In this document: positions 49,036-58,840 of the stretch, one piece after another
Layout: each line of letters starts with the position of its first letter
How positions within the stretch are numbered: position 1 is the stretch's first letter
Origin: Polyangiaceae bacterium
GTDB taxonomy: Bacteria; Myxococcota_A; Polyangia; Polyangiales; Polyangiaceae
Assembly (NCBI GenBank): GCA_965222375.1
Contig: CBDCTZ010000012.1
Location: 576,001 to 640,000, forward strand
Direction of reading: 5' to 3'
DNA length: 64,000 bases
The notes under the pieces: model-generated
Databases searched by the model: none
Told to the model about the DNA's origin: nothing
The model's input: only the letters and a program-made list of their open reading frames with translations
Made by a program: the position numbers and the translations under genes

Positions 49036-49659
49036 TCAGCGAAGACGCCAAATTTCGATTGCGTAGCGACCCTTGCCGCGCTGAGCACGCACCCGAACCC
49101 GGTGCTGACCTTCCTCGGTGACGCAGAAGGGCCCATCGGGCCGAACTACTGGCCAGCGATCATCGCTGGTGTCGAAAGCGACCCGTTTCTTGCTCGGTGA
49201 CAGCACTTCGACGTCGAGGTCTTGCACGGCCGGCTCTGCGACGGCGAACACTCGGTAGCAGTCTCCGGGTTTGGCCTCGAAGTGGTGTTCACGTCCGGCG
49301 CCACCCTCGTTGACCTCCGCTTCGCGAGCGTCACTGAGCTTGGTCATTCCGTTTTGAGGCCCGCATAGGACCCCTAGCCGCATGACGTCGAGCTCGGGGT
49401 CGGTCCGAGGCGAAAAACCCGAATAGCAACTCAACCACAGGCCTCCGACAGGGGCGGGGGTGCCTCCTTGGGCTACGCGGCTGGGCGGCTTGGCTGATGC
49501 AGAGGTGGGCCGTGCGCTAGCCGCCGGACGGCTCGTCGCCGTGACGGCCGAGGGCGTTGGCGTAGCTGCACTGTCCGAGGGCGCCGGGGCCGGTGCGGCC
49601 GACTGTTTGCATCCGGAGAGCACCAAAGCTGCAGCCCAGCTTCGCCAATGAACGCGCAT
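49036..49659 (-). CDS. Hypothetical lipoprotein with C-terminal PPC-like beta domain
   Basis: Lipobox LSGC, Pro/Ala linker, CYRVFAV..DLDV..PFC. Confidence 0.7.
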   Translation of the reverse strand: MRVHWRSWAAALVLSGCKQSAAPAPAPSDSAATPTPSAVTATSRPAASARPTSASAKPPSRVAQGGTPAPVGGLWLSCYSGFSPRTDPELDVMRLGVLCGPQNGMTKLSDAREAEVNEGGAGREHHFEAKPGDCYRVFAVAEPAVQDLDVEVLSPSKKRVAFDTSDDRWPVVRPDGPFCVTEEGQHRVRVRAQRGKGRYAIEIWRLR

Positions 49660-49739
49660 GCTCAGGTCTTAACCCTCGACGGCGCTGGAAACCAACACTT
49701 GGGTTTGACTGACGCACTGCGCCAGGGTACTCCCCGGCC

Positions 49740-50243
49740 GTGACCACGGAGCGACCCCCCTCGGAGCCCGAGGAGCGCGAGAGGCGCCGTCTGGAACGCC
49801 TGCTTCCTGAGGTGGTCAAGCGCTTGGTCGAAGCGGGCTACAAGAACATCAGCGAAGGCCCCGACAACGTGCGGGAGCTGGTCCGGGAAATGAAGCTGCC
49901 GAAAGAGGCATTGGCGCTCATGCTGACCCAGGTCGATGAGACGAAAAACGGCCTGTATCGCGTTGTCGCGAAGGAGATTCGTGACTTCCTCGAGCACACC
50001 AACTTCGCCGAGGAAATGGCCAAGGTACTGACCACCTTGTCCTTCGAAATCAAAACCGAAGTTCGCTTCATACCCAACGATGCCAAGCCCGGTGCGCCTC
50101 CCAAGCCGGATGTGAAGGCCAAAGTGAGCATCAAGAAGGATCGGCCGGACGACGAGGTGGAAGAGGACGAGGATGCGGTCAACGATGAGCAGGGGGAAGC
50201 GGGGGAAGAGTCGAGCGGGGAGGAGCAGGAGGAGACCCCGTGA
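49740..50243 (+). CDS. Conserved-looking helical hypothetical protein with acidic tail
   Basis: Coding-like codon usage, LPKE..EIRDFL..EVRF; overlaps the next gene. Confidence 0.7.
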   Translation: MTTERPPSEPEERERRRLERLLPEVVKRLVEAGYKNISEGPDNVRELVREMKLPKEALALMLTQVDETKNGLYRVVAKEIRDFLEHTNFAEEMAKVLTTLSFEIKTEVRFIPNDAKPGAPPKPDVKAKVSIKKDRPDDEVEEDEDAVNDEQGEAGEESSGEEQEETP

Positions 50244-50686
50244 AGCCGCTGGCCGCTGGAAGTGAGATCGATTCCTATTGCACCAAGTGTCGAATGGACT
50301 TGGGACATCGTATCGTCGCGATGGTCGCGTCTCGTCCAAAGCGCGTGATATGCCTGACCTGTGGCTCCCAACACAACTACCGTGCGCCCGCTTCCGAGCG
50401 TGAGGCCGCACGAAAGAAGACCGCAGGACCGCGCAGAAGCGCTGGCGAACGTGTCACCCTCAAAGCCAAGGCCGAGGCCGAGCGCGTTCAGGAATGGGAG
50501 TCCCGAATTGCCGGGCAGGCCCATGATGCATTCGAGCGCTACTCCATGGACAAGAAGTTCTCTCCGGGCCAGCTGATCCAGCACAAGAAGTTTGGGGAGG
50601 GCTACGTGGTGGACGTGATGGACGGCGGAAAGATCAACATCATGTTTCGCGACGGACTGAAGACGCTGGCGCACGGTCTTACGTGA
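50240..50686 (+). CDS. Zinc-ribbon protein with C-terminal SH3/Tudor-like domain
   Basis: CTKC..H..CLTC..H; HKKFGEGYV. Confidence 0.7.
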   Translation: MKPLAAGSEIDSYCTKCRMDLGHRIVAMVASRPKRVICLTCGSQHNYRAPASEREAARKKTAGPRRSAGERVTLKAKAEAERVQEWESRIAGQAHDAFERYSMDKKFSPGQLIQHKKFGEGYVVDVMDGGKINIMFRDGLKTLAHGLT

Positions 50687-53352
50687 CGCGGCGTTGGTCG
50701 GCTCGCCGCGCAATCGTCCAAGGCCTTGCGCTCTGCTGGGTGGCCTCGCCGACGGGGGCCGCTGAACTCACCCCCGCGGCGGACGGAAGCCTTGGGGCTC
50801 TGCTCCTGGCCACTCCCCTCCGAGGCGCCGACGTTCCCCCAGAAGCGTTGGTGCCCAAACGGAATGGTCGAGTGCAGGGCGTGCGCTTCAAGCCAATGAT
50901 CTTCGCCTCGGCACTCCTGAATCTGAGCTCTCGAGTTCCGAAGAAGGGCGTGGCCGTGGTCGGCGGGGCGCTGACGATGCCCGCCGCCAGCCGAGCGCTC
51001 TTCTTGATCAGCACGACAGGCACAGGCGCGCTGTACGTCGACTCCAAGAAAGTCGGCGACCTGTTTTCTGCCGGCCGTGGCGCGGCTTGGCAACCCGTGC
51101 CCATCAACCTCGAGCGGGGGACACGCCCGTTCGCACTGCTGCTGCGTCGAGAGCGCGGCCCGTTGACGCTGAGGATCCGTGTGCTGAGCGCCGTAGATCA
51201 GCGCCCGCTGGCCGGAGTTCGGCTGTTGCTACCCGACGTTCCGCCCACCGCGCTCAGCTCTGGTTGGCTCACGGCGTCCATCGATTCTGGACTGAGCGAG
51301 GGCGGGTACTTCCCGAAGCTCGAGCTGCGCGCTCTGGGAGGAGCGCCGCCGGGCCGAGTGCCCGTGCGCGTCGCGGTGGGTAGCTCCGCAGCAATTGCCC
51401 TCGGCAGCATGGTTGGCTCTCGGGGCGTGCTGCCCTTCGAGGCGCATCTGCCACCGCCGGCAGTCGGTCAAGCCAAGGAAACGTATCGCATCTTCGCTGG
51501 CGACGTTGAACGGCGATTAGAACTCCGAATGCCCCTCCAAGGACCGAAACTGCTTGGTCGCGCGGTGGCGGGGCTGGCCAAATTGACGGGCTCGGCGGGA
51601 AAGTCGTTCAAGCACGCTGAGGTGCTGCGCGCTTCCATTGCGACGAAAGTACGGGATCTGAAGGAAGCGTCATCCCCGCAGGGGATCGGCGTCGCGACCG
51701 CTGCGCTGGCGGCATTCCTCAAGCCCATCGAGGCCGGGCGCGACCCTTTGAAGCTCGTCGGTGTTCACGAACTCGCGCGGCCATCGACTGTCTCGTCCCA
51801 ACCAGATCGCATGCGGCTCCACGTGCCTGCGACTAGGGGCGAGAAGAGGTTGCCGTTGGTCGTGTTGCTCCACGGGATGAACGGGACGCCGAAAGGCATC
51901 ATGGATGCGTTCCTCGACGAGAGTTCTCGGCGAGCAGTCGTGCCGGGGTACGTGTTGGCTCCCCACGCTCACGGCAACGCGTTCTATCGCGGCCCTGGTG
52001 AACGGGAGGTCATGGACGCTGTCGCCTGGGCGCTGGAGACCCTGCCCGTCGATCCAGCTCGAGTCTCGATCACCGGTGTATCCATGGGTGGGACCGGTAC
52101 GGCGCATGTCGCCTTGCGCTATCCAGAGAAGTTCTCCGCGGCGGCGCCGCTATGCGGCTACCACAGCTACTTCGTGCGCCGAGATACCGACAACCGACCG
52201 CTCCGCGACTGGGAGCGCAGTCGAATGCGCCACTGGTCGCCTGCTGAATGGGCGGGTAACGGTTGGGCCACGCCATGGTGGATCGCGCACGGTAAGAAGG
52301 ACTTCCCGCTGGAAAACTCGCGAGTGCTCATTGCTGCGCTCAAGGACCAGTCAGCGGCACTGACCCAGGAATGGCCTGACACGGGTCACGCCGTCTGGGA
52401 GAAAACCTATGCGGGCGCGCGACTGTTTCCGTGGCTGGCTGGCAAGACCGCCCGCCGCCTCCCAAAGCGTGTTGTCATCATGACGGACAGCTACCGCTAC
52501 GCGAAGCGGCAATGGCTTGCGATCACTCGCTTGGGTCGTCCCGGTACCATGGCAACGGTTGACGCGACGCTGGAACCAGACGCGCTTCGAATTCAAACCA
52601 AGAACGTGAACGGTTTGGCCGTCGATCGCAAGCAGCTCCCGCAAGCTGCGCCGCGCAGCGTACGAATCGACGGCCAGTCTCTAGCCTGGCGGGAGGGAAC
52701 GCTGGAGCTGACCCATTCCACGTCCGGATCGTGGTCTCTTGGAGCCAATCACCCCGGCCCTGGTGAAAAGCGGCTGGGTGCTGAGGGCCCGATCCGTGAC
52801 GTGTTCAATGGCCCGGTGGTTTTCAGCTACGGCACTCGAGACCGGGCCTCGGGTCGGGCGGCCAAAGAGGTTGCAGAGGCTTGGGCGGCGCGTTTCGGCG
52901 CCGAGGCAAAGTACGCGGTCGTCCCAGACTTCGCGCTTGTCGCCGATAGGGTCCGCGACGTGCACTTGGTTCTGGTTGGGACCCCGGATAGTCACGCTTG
53001 GCTACGCCGGCACGGCTCGTCGCTGCCTGTGCGGACGGAGATGGGAGCGCTCAAGATCGGAACTCGCGACTTCCCGGGTCCGGGAGTGGGCGCTGTCTTC
53101 ATCGCTCAGAGTCCCTTCCGTCGCGACCGCTCCTGGTTGGTGATCACTGCAAGAGACGCCGCGGGCCTGTACCTTTCGAGATCCCTGCCGGCGCTTCTGC
53201 CCGACTACATCGTGTTCGATGAGCGGGTCGCGGCTGCCGCGGGGGAACAGGTGCTAGGAGAGACACCGGTGCTCGCTGCCGGATTCTGGGATCACGATTT
53301 TCGCCCTTTGCAGCCTCGAGCTGGTGCCGGGGCGCAGGATGGAGGACCGTGA
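50683..53352 (+). CDS. Large secreted alpha/beta-hydrolase (S9/esterase-like)
   Basis: Signal peptide, LVVLLHG, GVSMGG nucleophile, HGKKD, GHAVW. Confidence 0.8.
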   Translation: MTRRWSARRAIVQGLALCWVASPTGAAELTPAADGSLGALLLATPLRGADVPPEALVPKRNGRVQGVRFKPMIFASALLNLSSRVPKKGVAVVGGALTMPAASRALFLISTTGTGALYVDSKKVGDLFSAGRGAAWQPVPINLERGTRPFALLLRRERGPLTLRIRVLSAVDQRPLAGVRLLLPDVPPTALSSGWLTASIDSGLSEGGYFPKLELRALGGAPPGRVPVRVAVGSSAAIALGSMVGSRGVLPFEAHLPPPAVGQAKETYRIFAGDVERRLELRMPLQGPKLLGRAVAGLAKLTGSAGKSFKHAEVLRASIATKVRDLKEASSPQGIGVATAALAAFLKPIEAGRDPLKLVGVHELARPSTVSSQPDRMRLHVPATRGEKRLPLVVLLHGMNGTPKGIMDAFLDESSRRAVVPGYVLAPHAHGNAFYRGPGEREVMDAVAWALETLPVDPARVSITGVSMGGTGTAHVALRYPEKFSAAAPLCGYHSYFVRRDTDNRPLRDWERSRMRHWSPAEWAGNGWATPWWIAHGKKDFPLENSRVLIAALKDQSAALTQEWPDTGHAVWEKTYAGARLFPWLAGKTARRLPKRVVIMTDSYRYAKRQWLAITRLGRPGTMATVDATLEPDALRIQTKNVNGLAVDRKQLPQAAPRSVRIDGQSLAWREGTLELTHSTSGSWSLGANHPGPGEKRLGAEGPIRDVFNGPVVFSYGTRDRASGRAAKEVAEAWAARFGAEAKYAVVPDFALVADRVRDVHLVLVGTPDSHAWLRRHGSSLPVRTEMGALKIGTRDFPGPGVGAVFIAQSPFRRDRSWLVITARDAAGLYLSRSLPALLPDYIVFDERVAAAAGEQVLGETPVLAAGFWDHDFRPLQPRAGAGAQDGGP

Positions 53353-54209
53353 GTCCGGGTATCCCTTATCTCGAACTGCCGGATTGGGAACTGCTGAAGG
53401 CTGGCGCGCTGGGCAATGGCTTTCCCCCGGCTCCGGTGGCGATCAAACCCTTCGGCACTCTAGTCGCAGTGGGAGCCTACTTGGGTGCGTATCTGGCGGT
53501 CCGCTACGGTCGACGCCTTGGCTTTGACGAGAAGAGTCTCGTTTCATTCATCCTCTGGGTTGCCGTGGGCGGGTTTGTGGGCGGTCATTTCTTCGACACG
53601 CTCTTTTACTTCCCGGACCGCGTTCGGGAAGATCCGCTTTCCCTTTTGCGGCTTTGGGAAGGCCTATCGAGTTTCGGTGGCTTTCTAGGCGCCGGGCTAG
53701 GCGCGCTGGGCTGGCGCTGGCGAACGGGATCGCCGCTCATGCCCTACATGGATGTCGTGGCCAGCGCCTTCCCAACAGCCTGGGTTTTTGGCCGTGCCGG
53801 CTGCACCTTCGCCCACGATCACCCAGGCCGCTACAGTGACGCTTGGGTTGCGGTGCAATATCCAGACGGCGGACGCTTCGATCTCGGCATGTACGAGATG
53901 CTGCTCACGCTCCCTCTTGCGGTCGCGTTTCTGCTCTTGCGCCGCCAACCGCGACCCTGGGGTTTTTTCATGGGCCTGATGTGCGTCAGCTATCCGCCCA
54001 TTCGTTTCAGCTTGGACTTTCTCCGTGCCAGGGACTTGCGCATATCCGACGAGCTCTACTTGGGCCTAACTCCCGCCCAGTGGGCATCGGCCTGCCTATT
54101 CGCGTTCGGGGCGGTGGTGCTGTTTCGCGCCCTCGAGGCGGCCGGCGACCAAGCAGCCTGGAAAGTGCCTCGGCCCAAGCGTGGCCGGGCTGCAGGATCA
54201 CGCGCGTAG
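53349..54209 (+). CDS. lgt: Prolipoprotein diacylglyceryl transferase family protein
   Basis: GLSSFGG, FGRAGC..HDHPG, YE, RFSLDFLR, TPAQW. Confidence 0.75.
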   Translation: MSPGIPYLELPDWELLKAGALGNGFPPAPVAIKPFGTLVAVGAYLGAYLAVRYGRRLGFDEKSLVSFILWVAVGGFVGGHFFDTLFYFPDRVREDPLSLLRLWEGLSSFGGFLGAGLGALGWRWRTGSPLMPYMDVVASAFPTAWVFGRAGCTFAHDHPGRYSDAWVAVQYPDGGRFDLGMYEMLLTLPLAVAFLLLRRQPRPWGFFMGLMCVSYPPIRFSLDFLRARDLRISDELYLGLTPAQWASACLFAFGAVVLFRALEAAGDQAAWKVPRPKRGRAAGSRA

Positions 54210-55124
54210 TTGAATCGCCGCCGGGGCGACCGTCGCGATCAAGGGCAAACGCCCCGGTGTTTCGCCATCCATATCGATCAGTACTTCGTCACCGTCCACG
54301 ACGGGCTCGGCTTCGACGCGCGCGCCGCGGGTGATCGACACCCCCGGGCTAGTTATGTGGTTGCCCCCATAGATCTTCGACGAAAGCGCAATCACTTTGG
54401 CTCGGGGCATGCTCGCGAGTGCGACTACATCGAACTTACCATCTGCGGGATCCGCATCCGGCGCGATCATCATGCCGCCGCCGAAGAAGCGCCCATTGGC
54501 GACAGCTACGTTGAAAATCGGGACTTCGAGCCAGGGCTCTCCATCTACGACGATGCGCGTGGGTACATCGCGATACGCGATCATTGCGCGTAGCGTTCCC
54601 AAGAAGAACGCTGCACGGCCACCCATCCATTTCGGGCTCGAGTTCACGATCCGATCCGTGAGGCCGCCAATGCCGAAGCTCGTGATGTTCACGAATGCCT
54701 TCGTCTCGCGAGCGCCGTCGTGGGCAGTCACGTCGAGGATTCCGAGGTCCAGCGGGCGTGGTTTGGACTGGGCGATGCGTTCGGCCGCCTCGTCCACATC
54801 GTCGGGCAGGCCGAAAGTCTTGCGGAAGTCACCGCCGGTGCCTGAGGGGATCAGCGCCAGCTCCGGGCCCGGCTGGGCCTTCCCGTCGCTGCCCAGGTAT
54901 GCCTGACAAGCCTCATTGAAAGTGCCGTCACCGCCCACGAGGGCGACGCAGTCGATGCCCTCAGCGTGCGCCTCTTTGAGGCAGCGGGCGGCGTCCCCGG
55001 GCCCGCGAGTCTGCACGACGTCGTGCTGCAGGCCGTGTCGCCGCAGAGCCGCGGAAATTGCGCCTACCTTGCGGCCGGCCCGTCCTCCGCCTGCCTTGGG
55101 GTTTACCACCATTCGTAGCTGCAT
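54198..55124 (-). CDS. Diacylglycerol kinase family lipid kinase
   Basis: VNPKAGGG, GGDGT, PSGTGGDF, NGRFFGGGM, DGE. Confidence 0.9.
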   Translation of the reverse strand: MQLRMVVNPKAGGGRAGRKVGAISAALRRHGLQHDVVQTRGPGDAARCLKEAHAEGIDCVALVGGDGTFNEACQAYLGSDGKAQPGPELALIPSGTGGDFRKTFGLPDDVDEAAERIAQSKPRPLDLGILDVTAHDGARETKAFVNITSFGIGGLTDRIVNSSPKWMGGRAAFFLGTLRAMIAYRDVPTRIVVDGEPWLEVPIFNVAVANGRFFGGGMMIAPDADPADGKFDVVALASMPRAKVIALSSKIYGGNHITSPGVSITRGARVEAEPVVDGDEVLIDMDGETPGRLPLIATVAPAAIQLRA

Positions 55125-55290
55125 TGTCCAAGGGCACCATCGCACGAGGATAGGGCATGGGGAACCTCCTGCGGCAGCCCTGGCCCATGGGGCTCAATCC
55201 GCGGACTTGAACCGGAATCACTCGGGAGGTACCGTTTTTTTCCGGCCCGCTCTGGGCCGGACTCCCTGACCACCAAGGAATACCGTTTTC

Positions 55291-56118
55291 ATGTCGACCC
55301 AGGATGAGCGCAAGCTCTTCGTAGCTGGCTTGCCCGAGTCCATTAACGAAGACGCGCTACGGCAACTCTTCGAAGCGGCGGGCACTACCGTCGTGGATGT
55401 TTCACTTCCGCGCCACCGAGATACCGGCAAGCCACGCGGTTTCGGATTCGTGACGCTAGGTAGCGCGGAAGAAGCCAGCACTGCACGAGGTGCACTCGAC
55501 GGTTCGCTTCAGTCGGGACGCTCCATTTCCGTTCGTCCCTTCAAGGCGGAACCGCCCAAGCGCGAGGGCGGTCCCGGTGGCGGTCCCCCGGCACAGGACC
55601 GAACGTTATACGTGGGCAATTTGCCCTTTGATGCTACCCAGAGCGAGGTCGAGGAACTCATCGTGTCTACCGGTGCGGGCGCAGTGAATCGGGTGCACTT
55701 GCCAACTGGGCCAGATGGTCGTGCTCGAGGTTTTGGGTTTGTCACGATGGAAAGTAACGAAGCTGCCAACGCCGCGATCGTTGCGCTCAGGGACAAGGAA
55801 CTAAAAGGTCGTCGGCTGATGGTGAACATCGCCCATCCACGCGGCGAGCGCCCGTCGGGTGGTGGCGATCGTCCGCCACCTCGTCGAGATGACGGTGCTC
55901 CCCCCAGGAGTTTCGACGGCGGCGGTGGGTTCCCACCGTCGGGCGGATTCGACGGCGGGCCTCCAGCACGCCCGGACGGTGGGCGTCGCGAGCGCTGGGC
56001 CGACAAGCCCGAGAACAAGAAAAAGAAGAAGAAGCGGGGCCGCTCGGATCGGACCGAGGCGTCGCCTAAGCGAGGCCGGTCCAACCCCAAACAGTGGAAA
56101 GACTGGGAGGACGACTAG
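55291..56118 (+). CDS. RNA-binding protein with two RRM domains and a disordered tail
   Basis: RNP2/RNP1 twice: KLFVAGL/RGFGFV and LYVGNL/RGFGFV. Confidence 0.88.
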   Translation: MSTQDERKLFVAGLPESINEDALRQLFEAAGTTVVDVSLPRHRDTGKPRGFGFVTLGSAEEASTARGALDGSLQSGRSISVRPFKAEPPKREGGPGGGPPAQDRTLYVGNLPFDATQSEVEELIVSTGAGAVNRVHLPTGPDGRARGFGFVTMESNEAANAAIVALRDKELKGRRLMVNIAHPRGERPSGGGDRPPPRRDDGAPPRSFDGGGGFPPSGGFDGGPPARPDGGRRERWADKPENKKKKKKRGRSDRTEASPKRGRSNPKQWKDWEDD

Positions 56119-56293
56119 GCCGCCCGCTGCCTGAGCCCCATATCCCTGAAACTAGTAGGGTTTTCCGCGAGCCTCCGCCCGTCCAATCCGCTCGCCGGCC
56201 TACGGGCCGGAATTGGCGCCACTCTCGATTGCGCCCGCCACGACGTGCATGCTACTTAGGGCCCCTTCGTGCTGGCGTAACCGCAGGGGTTAA

Positions 56294-57373
<1,080 letters not shown>

Positions 57374-57421
57374 ATGTGAGGCCGCGGCACGCGGCTCGGG
57401 CCGAGCGTTCTTCGATCGACG

Positions 57422-58309
57422 TTGGTTGGCGCCGTGGGCTCGTTCAAACGCTATCGAGATATCGCAATCGTGGTTCTGCTGCTTGCGGTCCCATTCTTCT
57501 TCCTCCGCGCCTCCATTCGGCGACCGGAGGAAATGAGCGTGGTCGATCGCGCAATCATGCGCGTGGCGGCGCCTCTCGAATACGCTTCTGCAGCATTGGC
57601 GAGGGGGTTGTCCTCACTGATCGGCGACTACGTCTATTTGGTTGACGTCCGTGCTGACAACGACAAGTTGGCCTACGAGAACGCTCGTCTTCGAGCGGAG
57701 GTTCGGAGACTCAAGATCCAGGAAGCCGAGAACCTACGGCTGCGGCGCTTGCTCAATCTTCGGGAGACCATTGATCAGGAAACCGTCAGTGCGGTGGTGG
57801 TTGCCAAAGACACCACTGAGTTCTTTCGGGTAGCGCACCTAACCCTGGACAATCCAGGCGCGGTAGTGCGACCCGGCATGCCGGTGCTTTCTCTGGACGG
57901 GACCGTGGGTACTGTGTTGCGTGTGTCCGGGGAGAAAGTCGACGTGCAATTGACCGTCGATAGCGGTTTCGGCGTGGACGTGGTTGTCGAACGCACTGGC
58001 GCGCGGGGATTCATTCGAGGGGTTGGGGATCGCTCCAAGTATGCGTTGCGGGTCGAATACGTGCAGCGAACTGACGAGGTTGAAGAGGGGGACGTCGTTT
58101 CCACGAGTGGTGTGGGATGCCGCTTCCCCAAGGGGCAGCCGGTCGCGCGGGTTTCCAAAGTGATCAAGCGGGATTTCGGTATGTATCAAACCGTCGAAGC
58201 CCAACCGACTGTAGATTTTTCGCGTTTGGAAGAAGCTCTGATCGTTCTGACGGATGAGAAGGACTGCGAGCGCGGCGCCAGCACGCGCCGCACGCGCGCT
58301 CAACGGTGA
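57422..58309 (+). CDS. mreC: Rod shape-determining protein MreC
   Basis: TM, coiled coil (EN.RLR.LL), TSG..FPKG; synteny. Confidence 0.92.
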   Translation: MVGAVGSFKRYRDIAIVVLLLAVPFFFLRASIRRPEEMSVVDRAIMRVAAPLEYASAALARGLSSLIGDYVYLVDVRADNDKLAYENARLRAEVRRLKIQEAENLRLRRLLNLRETIDQETVSAVVVAKDTTEFFRVAHLTLDNPGAVVRPGMPVLSLDGTVGTVLRVSGEKVDVQLTVDSGFGVDVVVERTGARGFIRGVGDRSKYALRVEYVQRTDEVEEGDVVSTSGVGCRFPKGQPVARVSKVIKRDFGMYQTVEAQPTVDFSRLEEALIVLTDEKDCERGASTRRTRAQR

Positions 58310-58312
58310 GCC

Positions 58313-58840
58313 ATGCGCAACATCGCGTTCATAGCCGTTAGCTTCTTTCTACTGCTGATTCAGGCGAACGTTTACCGGCTTGTCGGTAGCTTGGGTTTAC
58401 ATGGCATCACGCCGAGCCTGGTTCTGCCGTTGATCATTTTCCTTGGTGTGCACGAGTCGAGCATGCTGCGCGGTGCCGGGCTGGCGTTCGTGGTGGGCTA
58501 CCTTTTGGACATCATGGCCTCGGCGCCGCCCGGACTGTTCACCTTCGTGTCGGTCGCGGTATGGCTGGTTTCGCGGATCGCCGGAGTGCGCTTGACCACG
58601 CAGACCATCCTCACTCGGATGAGCCTGGCATTCGGCTTCGCGGTCGTCGAGGCTTTCATCGTGCTGACCCTGTTGGCGATCTTTGGGGCTGACACGCGCC
58701 GCCCCCTGGAGATGCTCAGCTTGATTCTGCCCCGCGCGGCCAGCACGGCCGTGTGCGCCCCCTTCGTGTTCTCCATTGCTCAGCGGCTCCATCAGAGCGC
58801 GGTGCCTGGGCAGACCTCCGCGGAGGCGGCGCGGACATGA
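58313..58840 (+). CDS. mreD: Rod shape-determining protein MreD
   Basis: Small polytopic membrane protein (GYLLD) between mreC and mrdA. Confidence 0.85.
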   Translation: MRNIAFIAVSFFLLLIQANVYRLVGSLGLHGITPSLVLPLIIFLGVHESSMLRGAGLAFVVGYLLDIMASAPPGLFTFVSVAVWLVSRIAGVRLTTQTILTRMSLAFGFAVVEAFIVLTLLAIFGADTRRPLEMLSLILPRAASTAVCAPFVFSIAQRLHQSAVPGQTSAEAART

